A DNA stretch of 64,000 nucleotides, from assembly GCA_963699545.1 (NCBI GenBank), contig CAVOUE010000004.1, positions 1-64,000 of the forward strand, in the 5' to 3' direction. How positions within the stretch are numbered: position 1 is the stretch's first letter; each line of letters opens with the position of its first letter. A model generated the notes under the pieces. That model saw only the letters and a list, made by a program, of their open reading frames with translations. It was not told the origin of the DNA and did no database searches. The position numbers were made by a program, and so were the translations under genes. Shown here piece after piece: positions 32,865 through 42,439 of the stretch. Source of the DNA: Nitrospirota bacterium. Its GTDB lineage: Bacteria > Nitrospirota > Thermodesulfovibrionia > Thermodesulfovibrionales > UBA9159.

Positions 32865-33120
32865 CTAAACGACATATTGATGATTTGGGAGTATTGTATT
32901 CAATGATTTCCAGAGGATGTTTTCTGGGGCGATTAGGATAGCTGTTAGGATTCACTTAATCTACTCTTGAGAAACACTTGGTATGAGCATAAGGATCTGT
33001 CCCTTGCTGGCAATATCTCACCAAACACTTATGGATATAATGTTCAACACCTTTTTATGTATGTCATGCTGGGAATGAGAGACTTGTGGAAAACAATAGA
33101 CTTATAGTAATTTAAGAGCA

Positions 33121-33672
33121 ATGCATATGTTGACAAACGGGCACACAGAAGAGGCTACCCTGGTGGTACACCCCAAGAGCAAGAGATCCGGGGTATATAT
33201 CATTAAGACCTATATATGGTATGTGGAGAGGCTTGTGTGGGTCATAGCCGGAATGTTCATGCTCATGGGTTCCCTTCTTTCCGCATTGCATAACCATAAC
33301 TGGGCATTTCTTATTCTCGTCGTTGGTATGAGTTCGGTTTTCGTATCACTCACTGGCTTTTGTGTCGTCGGTAATATTCTTTACAGGCTTGGGGTGAAAC
33401 CTCTCCTAGAGAAATCTCTCAAATCAGGGGGAAAGAGTGCATTCTATTTGATGCAGACCGACAGGTGGTATCTCGAAAGATATATATATCTTATTGTTGG
33501 GATTAACCTCTCGTGGACAGCCCTTTTCGCCCGATTCCACAGTCCTTACTGGCTGTGGTTTCCGGTCTTTGTGGGTGCTGCTACGATCGTCTTTGCCTTC
33601 ACGGGATTTTGCATACTCGCCAATCTGCTGTACAGGCTCGGCGCTGAACCACGGCTTTGCAGAAATTTATGA
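33121..33672 (+). CDS. Tandem DUF2892 (YgaP-like TM) protein
   Basis: Two repeats of WY.ER.....G...TGFC...N.LYRLG. Confidence 0.8.
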   Translation: MHMLTNGHTEEATLVVHPKSKRSGVYIIKTYIWYVERLVWVIAGMFMLMGSLLSALHNHNWAFLILVVGMSSVFVSLTGFCVVGNILYRLGVKPLLEKSLKSGGKSAFYLMQTDRWYLERYIYLIVGINLSWTALFARFHSPYWLWFPVFVGAATIVFAFTGFCILANLLYRLGAEPRLCRNL

Positions 33673-33779
33673 GAGACGGCTTGATCGTTTTCTGAAACCA
33701 CGGCTGTACAGTTGAGCTAACCGAGATCATATTCTCTCACGTTACATCCTGACCTTCCCCCGAAAAAGTGGACACCCAG

Positions 33780-34637
33780 TTAAGTTTCATCAAGGAGCCG
33801 TTCATATTGCTCCGGACTCCTATACCCTAATGCCGAGTGTCTCCTCTGACGATTATAGAACACTTCCACGTACTCAAATATGCTGAGCCTTGCCTCCAGC
33901 CTTGAACGGTACTTCTCACCGTGGACCAATTCCGTTTTGAGGGTACCGAAGAACGACTCGGCATAGGCATTATCATAGCAATTGCCACTTCTGCTCATGC
34001 TCGGGGTAATGTCGTATTCTCTGAGAAGCTCCTGATATGCATAGCTCGCGTACTGTCTGCCTCGATCAGAATGGTGGATGAGCCCCTCGGAAGGGGTTTG
34101 CCTGCTTGCTGCCGCCTTCAGCGCATCAGAGGCGAGTTCCTGAGAGAGCTTGGCGCTCATGGACAGCCCGATAATCCTCCTGCTTCTGACATTCATCACT
34201 GCCGCCACATACAGCCAGCCCTCGGAAGTGGGAACAAATGTTATATCTGATGCCCATACCCCCTCTGTCTGTCTCTTTTCAATCAGCAGGTTTGCCGCCA
34301 GGGCATAATCATGCCGTGAATCGGTAGTCCGCCTGAATCTCCTCTTTTTCACTTCCCCACATATTGCATGGTCCTTCATGATCCTGGCTACCCGGTTCTT
34401 CCCGCATTTGACACCCTGTTCATTGAGCTCAACGGTGATCCGGGGACTACCGTACAGCTTTCTGCTTTGAGTGTGGACCTCCCGTATGTGCCCCAGCAGC
34501 TCACGATTGTCTTTTACCCTCGTGCTGACCGGACGACTGCGCCACGCATAATACCCGCTCCTGGATACCTTCAACACCTCACACATGCTTCTCACCTTGT
34601 ACTTCTCCCGGTGCTCTTCCATAAACCCATACTTCAT
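33780..34637 (-). CDS. IS3 transposase OrfB
   Basis: Identical to copy 1 except RQRR versus RQRK. Confidence 0.95.
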   Translation of the reverse strand: MKYGFMEEHREKYKVRSMCEVLKVSRSGYYAWRSRPVSTRVKDNRELLGHIREVHTQSRKLYGSPRITVELNEQGVKCGKNRVARIMKDHAICGEVKKRRFRRTTDSRHDYALAANLLIEKRQTEGVWASDITFVPTSEGWLYVAAVMNVRSRRIIGLSMSAKLSQELASDALKAAASRQTPSEGLIHHSDRGRQYASYAYQELLREYDITPSMSRSGNCYDNAYAESFFGTLKTELVHGEKYRSRLEARLSIFEYVEVFYNRQRRHSALGYRSPEQYERLLDET

Positions 34638-34942
34638 CTGCTTTGTTTGGAGAATACGGCCAAGGCTTTTTTTAAAATATCCCTCTCTTCCTTCACCTTT
34701 TCTAATTCCTTACGGAGCTGCTTTATCTCCGCTCCCTCAGGACTTGAATGCCCTTTGCCCACAAAGGCCTTCTCACCATCTTTCAGCAATCTCCTTCTCC
34801 ACAGATGAAGCAAATTTGGATGAATATCAAGCTCCCGCGCTACCCTACCTACTGGCATCCCCTTTTCCGTGACCAGTTGCACTGCATTCCTCTTGAACTC
34901 ACCGGTGAAATGCCGCCGTTTATCCTCTTTCCCCATACACAC
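34634..34942 (-). CDS. IS3 transposase OrfA
   Basis: Identical to copy 1 except ELEK versus ELEE. Confidence 0.93.
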   Translation of the reverse strand: MCMGKEDKRRHFTGEFKRNAVQLVTEKGMPVGRVARELDIHPNLLHLWRRRLLKDGEKAFVGKGHSSPEGAEIKQLRKELEKVKEERDILKKALAVFSKQSR

Positions 34943-35298
34943 ACCTCCTCTTCCATCTTACAAATCTTTAGGTGTGTCCATCAATTCGGGGAAAGGTCAT
35001 CCCCTAATCTTTAAGGGTTCACAAGATTGAAACAGCGGACTCGTAGGTGTACACAGCAACCCGAAGGCGAAGGGTTGCGCGTTTGTTTCAGAGGAAGGAG
35101 CTGACACTGCGGAGTTCCGCGGGGATAGGGTCTACGCCGTTGCGGCGATGTCCGAAGTAAAACAGAACACCTGCTCAAACTGGTCGGAATATCCAGGCAT
35201 TCTGAGCGAGAGAAATTACTGCGGCTGGATCTTCGTCTTGAGAAAGGTCCCCAACGCTTTATCAATTCTACGTATATGACTGAGCAACCACTCCATGA

Positions 35299-35826
35299 TC
35301 AGTGGATCATACTGTCCGCGATCTTCAGGAGATCGAAGGGAGGGGCCTTCATGGTCAGGGTCATCCGGTATTTCCCCTCATCCCAGGAGATCCTGCTGCA
35401 GGGCAGATCGTCCTTGCATGTTCCCACCTCCAGGAGCGCAGTCCTTCCCTTGAGAGGGGAGGTTGCCCTTTCTTTGATCTGCGTCAGCACCAGCTTCTCT
35501 TCCGGGATGGGGCCACCGCCCCCAACCTGGGATATAACAAGACCCGTGTCGGAGGTCTCGCCGATGCTGAATTCCATGAGCACAGCAAAGTACGGCCTGG
35601 ACTGGGCCAGTATCCTCGAAGGCGGCCATTTGACATTCTGGGGGATGTAGGAGGGGAGATAGATATCTCTCACATTCAATTTTGATCTCACTTCATCAAC
35701 GCTGCTGTACTTCTTCATCATCCCTTCCTGGAACACCGTCGGCAGCCAGTTGGTGACTTTCAGGATCACAAGGAGGATCGTGACGGTGGCTGCAAAATAG
35801 AAAAAACCGAGAACCTTCTTACGCAC
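35299..35826 (-). CDS. Hypothetical membrane-anchored protein
   Basis: N-terminal TM; SD GGAGG before GTG; follows the M56 gene. Confidence 0.7.
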   Translation of the reverse strand: MRKKVLGFFYFAATVTILLVILKVTNWLPTVFQEGMMKKYSSVDEVRSKLNVRDIYLPSYIPQNVKWPPSRILAQSRPYFAVLMEFSIGETSDTGLVISQVGGGGPIPEEKLVLTQIKERATSPLKGRTALLEVGTCKDDLPCSRISWDEGKYRMTLTMKAPPFDLLKIADSMIH

Positions 35827-35843
35827 TGTTCACCTCCATTCCG

Positions 35844-36835
35844 TCATACGACATAATAATTGATGATACCGACCGCCGCGAGGGTGAGGAGAAATTTCAG
35901 CCATGCACCCCCGGGCTGGTGCTCCAGCCCTTCTTCAAGTCTCCTGATCCTGCCCTCAAGGTGGACGTTATGGCTGTAATCCTCAAGGGCAACGCTGAGG
36001 GTCGAGAGCTTTTTCATTTTCCCAAGGGTGAGGTCTTCTCCCCTGTAATTGAATTTCCGGAGGATCTTCGCCACGCACCGGGCCTCTGCGTCAGTGCAAC
36101 GGCCACATCGTCACATATCTTCTCTTCTTCCTGTACCATCCTTCTGAACTCCACAAGGATCACCGGATTAAAGAACATAAGCATCCGTATCAGGTATACC
36201 ACCACAAGGAGCGGACGTCTGTTCCTCTCGATATGGGCGACCTCATGGGCAATGGCCGCCTGCAGTTGCTCCCCGTCCATTCCCGCAACAAGCCCTGAGG
36301 ATAAATAGACCGTAGGCTCATTCCGGGTGGTGGAGAACAATAAGAGCTCATCGTCGTCGATCACCGAAATGCGGGGCCTCTCCCCGGGAAAATTCTCCAG
36401 TGCGTCATTGATAGCAGGGTGATCAATGGCCTCTTCCTCTTCGGATGAAGACCGTCTCGATTCAATGGTATGCATCAGGATCGGGACCATCTCCTGGACA
36501 AGAAAGACCAGAGTAGTGACAGAAAGCATGGCAATGAACAGCAGGTTTACAGGGATGATCCCCCATAGTTCCAGGTTCAGCCACCGGTTGATATCAAAAA
36601 GGGTCTCCAGTCTGAAGGAAACCGACCCCCTCCCCGGGTTTATGTACTGGTAGACGGGAAAGGAGACTATGGGGAAGAGCATGACGATCAGGCTGAAGCG
36701 CTGGCGTATCAGCGGATTGGTGATGTCCCATGCCTGGATGGCCCTGTCCACGATCAGGGCAGCGATGAGGGAATGGCAGAACGCCTGGGCAATGTACATG
36801 CCGACATACGAACTAAAAAAAGTTGCGATATTCAT
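35844..36835 (-). CDS. M56 (BlaR1-like) membrane metallopeptidase, frameshift near 36070
   Basis: HEVAH zinc motif; FFNPV..., EEKICDD; continuation LAKILRK...RIRRL. Confidence 0.8.
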
Positions 36836-37057
36836 TCCCTATATACCTGTATACCAAAAAAAGCTTCTTTATGATAGCAAATTTATGCTGCCGGTCAAGA
36901 AATCTCCCGAAATAGATTAGCGGAAACCTTTTTGACCTCACAGTACTTTCGCATAGTTCTTCCCGGCATGATTGGATAAGACATTATAGAATGGACAGCT
37001 CTTGATTGCAGGAATTACAAAAAGACCTGCAAGTGTGCCTCGGAGGCCTGCAGGAGG

Positions 37058-37537
37058 TTACGCCTTTTCGGCCGCAAGAAGCATGATTTCCGCGCCGATC
37101 TGCATGTCATCAACGATTCCGAAATAGTGCTTTCGGATAAAACCTTTCTTATCGATGAGGATCAAGGTGGGTGTTCCCCGGCACCGATAATCCCTCATCG
37201 TTAACGGGACAGCTGAACCGGAGGGATCGGGAGCATCAACACCGACAGGAAAGGTATACTTGAACTCGTACAGGAATGACTTTAACGCCGAAGGCGTCAT
37301 CGCTTCATGATGTTCAAATACGGTATGCACACCGATGACGATAACGCCGGCCTTCGAAAATAAATCGAAGATCCTCTGGGTCTGCGGCAACCCGTGAAGA
37401 ACGCAGGCCGGGCAGAGCATCTGGAACGTATGCACAACGATCACCTTGCCCCGGCAGTCCTCGATCTTTATTTCCCTCTCCGTATTTAACCAGAGAGTGG
37501 TTTTCAGTTCCGGGGCGGGGTCATTGTCCTTGTGCAT
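37058..37537 (-). CDS. Redoxin / TlpA-like thioredoxin-fold protein
   Basis: APEL...WLN, FQMLCPAC, HTVFEHH, GTPTLILIDKKG. Confidence 0.85.
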   Translation of the reverse strand: MHKDNDPAPELKTTLWLNTEREIKIEDCRGKVIVVHTFQMLCPACVLHGLPQTQRIFDLFSKAGVIVIGVHTVFEHHEAMTPSALKSFLYEFKYTFPVGVDAPDPSGSAVPLTMRDYRCRGTPTLILIDKKGFIRKHYFGIVDDMQIGAEIMLLAAEKA

Positions 37538-37569
37538 ATCTACCGCCATTTGGGGAGCAACCGGCACGC

Positions 37570-37740
37570 ACCTTCGATGTCGCCATCACTATATCGTTGA
37601 ACACATGACCACGGGGAATTCCCGCCAGAATGAGAAGATCCGCTTCCGTAATGATCCCGATGACGTGGCCCTCACCGTCCACAGCCGGCATTCCGCTTAT
37701 CTTGTACCGTATCAATGATCTTCCGCCTTGTGAATGTCCC
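37570..37740 (-). pseudogene. CBS-domain gene remnant
   Basis: KISGMPAVDGEGHVIGIITEADLL is a single CBS motif with no convincing start and no second CBS domain. Confidence 0.55.
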
Positions 37741-37745
37741 TCTCT

Positions 37746-38246
37746 TTATTTGCGATAAGAGCTGAAAACATAATCCGTCTTTTTCTGCGGTTCGTGGCAG
37801 TTGAAGCACGCGCCCTTTGGGTCAGTCACCGCTCTTTCCCTGGTGTCAGCCTTGAATCCTTCGAACCCCCATCCGCCCGTCTGCGCAAATCTTTTGGAAT
37901 CTTTCTCCATCACGCCGATGATTTTCCTGGGGCCTTCAACAACGGCGCTATTCTCGCTCTTTCCTTCCAGCAGGTCAAAAACCAGGACCGCTCCATCGGG
38001 ATAGGGTTTCCCTCTTTTCATAGCTTCCAGGGCCTTTTTGTTGGCATAGATGTGGTGAATTCCCCCGAAAGACTCAAAGAGAGGATGACCCTGTTGAATC
38101 ACCATTGACTTCACATGGGTCCACTGCCGATACCCTTCGGGATACTTAACGGATTGTTTGCTCCCCCCTCCGGAAAATACCGGTACAGCAAGGAAGAGAC
38201 CGAGGATGAAAACGATGGTGGCCGTAATGATGGGTTGGTTCTTCAT
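37746..38246 (-). CDS. Cytochrome P460-family protein, c'-beta type
   Basis: Signal peptide; YPEGYRQW, YAN, YPDGAVLVFD, GGWGF, C-terminal CFNCH. Confidence 0.85.
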   Translation of the reverse strand: MKNQPIITATIVFILGLFLAVPVFSGGGSKQSVKYPEGYRQWTHVKSMVIQQGHPLFESFGGIHHIYANKKALEAMKRGKPYPDGAVLVFDLLEGKSENSAVVEGPRKIIGVMEKDSKRFAQTGGWGFEGFKADTRERAVTDPKGACFNCHEPQKKTDYVFSSYRK

Positions 38247-38369
38247 AACGCCTTTACCTCCTTTTGTGGAGTTCCGGCCCATGCCGCTCTCCTTTTCATT
38301 GTTGAATGGCTCTCACTCTGCCCAGGGACTAACATTCTACGGGTTTCGGCAATCGTCCTTTCCGCACCT

Positions 38370-39425
38370 TTACCAACCAAACCTGAGATCCGATCTCGCG
38401 AATTCATTCCCGTAGATGTAACCGTCCACATCCTTCAGATTGACGATAATGCCGGCCTTTCTGAAGAACCTGTCCCAGCCGATCCTGTTTATCCATTCTT
38501 TTATTCTTTCGTCAGGTTCGGCACTCCTTTTCCACGCATCCATTATCTGGATAACCGCCTTTACGGCTTCCTCCCACTTTGGAGGGTTATTGGGCAAGTA
38601 GGGGATGACGATCCTTCCGAGGTCAGGACCGCTGCCGGTATTGGATGCCTTGCCTCCAACCGACACGGCAAAGCCATCGAGTTTCGGATCGCCCGTCAGG
38701 ATCGCTTCGCATGCCATGGTGCAAGCCCCGCAGTGTATGCATTTTTCAGCGCTTATCTGGATACCGATTTCACCTTTCGGCTTTATCGCACCTGTAGGGC
38801 AACAGGCGACAACCGTGGGACGTTCGCACAACCTGAACTGATCCTCAAGCACTATAGGCAAATCCCTGTGGACTCCTATTATTCCTATGTCCGCCATCAA
38901 CGCCTCTTCGATATTCGCACAGCCGCCTATGTTTATCTTCAACCATGAAGGCAGTCTCTGGTTTCTGAATTCATCGATCAGGGCATCGCCAAGGGCCTTT
39001 GCGATCCCCGGTGAGTCAGTTGCAGGAAGATTACAGTGGATCCAGCTCGGACACGCCATGATATTGTGCACGGAGTTCTTTGTCCCTCCCACCGGAAACC
39101 CTTCGGCCTCGACCTTTTCGATGAGTTCCTCTATCTTTTGAGGGTTCGCATCCACAAACTCAAAGGAGTTCCTCAAAGTGATCCTGAAGTATCCTCCTGA
39201 GTATTCATCGGCGAGGTCGCAGAGGTCCAGCATCGAGGCGACACTGATCCTCGACGGCGGCATTGCGGTCCTGACCGTATAGCAGACATCCCCTGACTCG
39301 GCGATATGCTTTATAACACCGGGTCTCGGTATCTCATGCCGGTCCCACTTCCCGTAGTTCTTTACTATTACAGGCGGGACATTCTCCTCTATCCTGGGTA
39401 CCCCGATTCCACCGATCTTACTCAT
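38370..39425 (-). CDS. dsrB: Dissimilatory sulfite reductase beta-like subunit (divergent)
   Basis: NYGKW.HE..RPGV.KH.AESGD..YTVR, FPVGGT, WIHC..PATD, CPTGAIKP, CIHCGAC, GGKASN, WINRIGW. Confidence 0.85.
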   Translation of the reverse strand: MSKIGGIGVPRIEENVPPVIVKNYGKWDRHEIPRPGVIKHIAESGDVCYTVRTAMPPSRISVASMLDLCDLADEYSGGYFRITLRNSFEFVDANPQKIEELIEKVEAEGFPVGGTKNSVHNIMACPSWIHCNLPATDSPGIAKALGDALIDEFRNQRLPSWLKINIGGCANIEEALMADIGIIGVHRDLPIVLEDQFRLCERPTVVACCPTGAIKPKGEIGIQISAEKCIHCGACTMACEAILTGDPKLDGFAVSVGGKASNTGSGPDLGRIVIPYLPNNPPKWEEAVKAVIQIMDAWKRSAEPDERIKEWINRIGWDRFFRKAGIIVNLKDVDGYIYGNEFARSDLRFGW

Positions 39426-40647
39426 TGTGACCTCCTACTTCACCCTCGTCCCAGTGATAGAAGGTGTTTCTCCTCGGTGTTGAAAAATGCATCGTCGAGA
39501 TCTCGACCTCGCACCACTGAAGGAATTTGTCAAAACCAACCCTCTGGGCCATATCCCCTATCCGTTCCTTTTTTCTTCCGTGTTCGTCATAGACATCGCA
39601 TATCTTGTTGAATGCCTTGACCAGATCCGCGTAATCGGGCGGTGTCGCCTTAATGAAGGGAAAGATGACCTTTCCTTTCATAGGTCCGAATTTCCCTTTC
39701 ATCTTGCCGCCGGCAGTTATCGCAACGCCCCTGTCATCCCCGGGTTTTATGGCAGGCACGCGGTTGATACAGTACATGCACCGTATGCATCTGTCACCGT
39801 CAATTTCGAGCTTGTCCCCGTCCCAGGGCATTGCATCGGTCGGGCAGTGATCACAGACCCAACGAATATTGCCGCCTTCTTTGACCCACTCCCTCAGCCT
39901 GTCGTTATTCACCTTCGGCAGGTCCTTGAATACGCCTACGATGCCGATGTCTCCATGGAGGAGCGCCTTGCCGCATTCGTTGGGGCAGCCCGACATCTTT
40001 GTCTTTATCTTGAAGGGAAACCTCGGGTACTGTATGTCGTCGATGTAATGGGTCGTCATGAAATGCTTGATTCCCGGGGTGTCCATTACCGCATGTTCAC
40101 AGAGTGCCGGACCCATACAGTCGGGGATGTTCCTGATCGCATCACCTGCGGAGCCTACGTCGTTGCCGACCGCATTGAGTTCGCGCGTCACGGCAGCCAT
40201 AGCATTGTCGTTCATTATCCCGCAGATCTCGATATTGTAATTCGTCGTCAGCATATGGAGGGATCCGTCACCGTGCCTGTCTGCTGTCTCGCATATCTTT
40301 CTGAAGGTTGACGTCTTGAAGAAATTTCCGGGATTGCCGAGAACCCGTATGAGGTGGGAATGACTGATGATATCAGGCCTCCTCGATTTCCTGGCGATGG
40401 CCCCGGAGCCCAGTCCGGGTACAGAGGACATTCCTCCATGTCCCCATTGGGTCAGCCTTAACCTCATGGCCTCTTCATACATCATAACAGGGTAGCGCGT
40501 TTTCTTGAGTTCCTTTGCATGGCTCGGCCACGGTCCTTTTGAGAGCTCATCCATGAGGGGTGTTTCTGTTGTTTTACCGCCCGGTTCTTCTGCGATCTTC
40601 TCCTTCGGTGCTGCATGAATGGGAGATTCCGGCATATATGCCTCCAT
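39418..40647 (-). CDS. dsrA: Dissimilatory sulfite reductase alpha-like subunit (divergent)
   Basis: TPLMDEL.KGPWPS, W.HGG, CMGPALC...FPFKIK.K.SGCPNEC, CPT, CIRCMYCIN, ERIGD. Confidence 0.88.
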   Translation of the reverse strand: MEAYMPESPIHAAPKEKIAEEPGGKTTETPLMDELSKGPWPSHAKELKKTRYPVMMYEEAMRLRLTQWGHGGMSSVPGLGSGAIARKSRRPDIISHSHLIRVLGNPGNFFKTSTFRKICETADRHGDGSLHMLTTNYNIEICGIMNDNAMAAVTRELNAVGNDVGSAGDAIRNIPDCMGPALCEHAVMDTPGIKHFMTTHYIDDIQYPRFPFKIKTKMSGCPNECGKALLHGDIGIVGVFKDLPKVNNDRLREWVKEGGNIRWVCDHCPTDAMPWDGDKLEIDGDRCIRCMYCINRVPAIKPGDDRGVAITAGGKMKGKFGPMKGKVIFPFIKATPPDYADLVKAFNKICDVYDEHGRKKERIGDMAQRVGFDKFLQWCEVEISTMHFSTPRRNTFYHWDEGEVGGHNE

Positions 40648-40719
40648 TCTTCCTATTAAAGAATCAGTTCTCCTTTTCTACCCTATAACTTATCTTTAGC
40701 GTATCCATAAACAAGATGC

Positions 40720-40735
40720 TATGATTTAAATCATA
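40720..40735. promoter_or_regulatory. Crp/Fnr-type box upstream of the dsrA-like gene
   Basis: Perfect palindrome TATGATTTAAATCATA. Confidence 0.7.
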
Positions 40736-41004
40736 AGGGAACGGTAGGGGGCTCGCCGTTTTCCCCGACCTTTTTCATGCGCTTATCAGGCACCACGCGT
40801 TTTACAGCCGGCAGACCGGACACATAAAACGGGATTTGAAACCGCGATCCAGTCCCATGTATCTGAATTCCATGTGATACCTGCATATCGTGCTTCTGCA
40901 CCCAGGACCGATAAAATCTGCGGTATCCCTGCGAGGGAACCCGTTGCTATTCCAAGTGGTTCCCTCGCGTCTTCTTTTTACTCGCTCACACGAGGCTTTG
41001 TCCG

Positions 41005-42087
41005 CTATGAGTAGACACCGTATTTCTTTGCGGCCTCTACCATCCTCTTCGCATTGCGGAGGGGTGCGTTCGGCCCGAATTCGCAGCCGGTGGCGAGGAC
41101 GTACCCTCCGCCCTTCGCAAAGATTTCTATCTCGGCCTTGCATTCTTCCTCGATCTCCTCGGGGGTCCCGAGCATCGCTACCGGTCCCGGGGGCACCCAG
41201 CCGATGGTGACGATCTTGTTTCCCCACTTCGCCTTATGATCTTCCCAGCTGTCCACGTCGTCGGCGACATACGCGTGAGAGACCGCATGGGGTTTGCCCC
41301 ATTTGTCGATCATGTCGAAGTAGATCCCGTTTCCGCAGTTGTGATGGCTCACCAGCGCTCCGGCGTTCCTGATCGTATCGCATACCAGCTTGAGAGATTC
41401 TCCTTCGAACTGCTCCCACAGTTCCTTGCTCAGGATGGACTGGGAAGCGTAGAGGTTGTCATAGCAGACAGAATGGGCACCTGCCTCGACCTGGGCAAGA
41501 GCATACTCGTTAAGCACTTCGTCCATGATCTTCAGAGCGCCCATCACTTCATCGGGGTATTCGATGAGGTCCTGGAAGAAGTTCTCCGGACCGCGCATCA
41601 TGCTCAATGTTCCGAGGGAACCATAGACAAAGCCCACGATCGCATGGGTCTTGCCGATCTCTTTCGCCAGGCCGGCGGTCAGGTCTATCACGGCCTTCAT
41701 CCTCTGCGTCTTCCTTGGGTTGATCTTCTGGATCTTCTTGTAGTCCTCCTTCGGATTCTTAATAAAATTGTTGTCATAATTAGGATGCGCCGTGTCAAAC
41801 TCAGGGAAGATAACCTCGCAGCCAAAAGCCTGGGCTTCTACCGAAAGGTCGAGCAGCATTACGACGCCGTCATGTCCGATCATGTCCAGGGCGTCTACAT
41901 GTCCTTTGACCATTGCGTCGATGTTCGTCCCCTGAGACCATTCCCCGTAGGTTATGCCGGCAAGCCTGTGGCTTGCGCCGCATACAAGGGGAGCGGCAGG
42001 TACCCTGTCAGGCTCCTTGAACTGAAAGGTCGTCCCTACTCTCTCAAGACCTGTCATCTGCTCTGTCTTGGTACTTATCTGTGCCAT
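41005..42087 (-). CDS. MtaA/CmuA (URO-D fold) methylcobamide:thiol methyltransferase-like protein
   Basis: PDRVP, DLSVEAQAFG, HNCGNG, GGYVLATGCE; HxC...C Zn ligands. Confidence 0.82.
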   Translation of the reverse strand: MAQISTKTEQMTGLERVGTTFQFKEPDRVPAAPLVCGASHRLAGITYGEWSQGTNIDAMVKGHVDALDMIGHDGVVMLLDLSVEAQAFGCEVIFPEFDTAHPNYDNNFIKNPKEDYKKIQKINPRKTQRMKAVIDLTAGLAKEIGKTHAIVGFVYGSLGTLSMMRGPENFFQDLIEYPDEVMGALKIMDEVLNEYALAQVEAGAHSVCYDNLYASQSILSKELWEQFEGESLKLVCDTIRNAGALVSHHNCGNGIYFDMIDKWGKPHAVSHAYVADDVDSWEDHKAKWGNKIVTIGWVPPGPVAMLGTPEEIEEECKAEIEIFAKGGGYVLATGCEFGPNAPLRNAKRMVEAAKKYGVYS

Positions 42088-42305
42088 TGCGTTACCTCCT
42101 CACGATAGTTTTACAATTGATGAAATCTGCCTTCAGTGACCTAAAAGGCCAATGTTCCTCCCTCTGATAGATCTCTAAGCAGTACCACCACCTCCTTTTC
42201 TTTCGTCCACACTGAAAATCCGGCCGAACTACGGCTGCAGATTTCTCTGCATAAGGCTGGATTTTTCATCTTGTTTTCATTTTAGAGGTGAACTAAGAAA
42301 AGAAA

Positions 42306-42321
42306 TATGACTCTTGACACG
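42306..42321. promoter_or_regulatory. Degenerate Crp/Fnr-type box upstream of the mtaA-like gene
   Basis: TATGACTCTTGACACG with -10 TAAAAT (minus strand, 42279-42284) at the shared spacing. Confidence 0.55.
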
Positions 42322-42439
42322 TTTGAAACTTTTTTCCCCTGCAGTCTTTTACCGGCGCCTTCCGGCGTAAGTCCGGTCGGGATGGGTAAATGCTCCCGAG
42401 ACCGATCCGAAACGTCAGGAGTGAATTAAAGGGGGAGGG

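Larger units (their letters stand above)
33750..34999 (-). mobile_element. IS3-family insertion sequence, copy 2 (1250 bp, 3-bp target duplication TCC)
   Basis: Same IRs as copy 1; TCC on both sides; two amino-acid differences from copy 1. Confidence 0.95.

Noticed and set aside
33053-33068. Additional Crp-type box upstream of the DUF2892 gene
   Set aside because: Only one half-site matches and there is no good -10 at the shared spacing
37746-38246. True hydroxylamine-oxidising cytochrome P460
   Set aside because: The cross-linking Lys position is Phe
38370-40647. Canonical sulfate-reducer dsrAB operon as proof of sulfate respiration
   Set aside because: Divergent motifs, altered DsrB ligands, and no dsrD or two-Cys dsrC in the window
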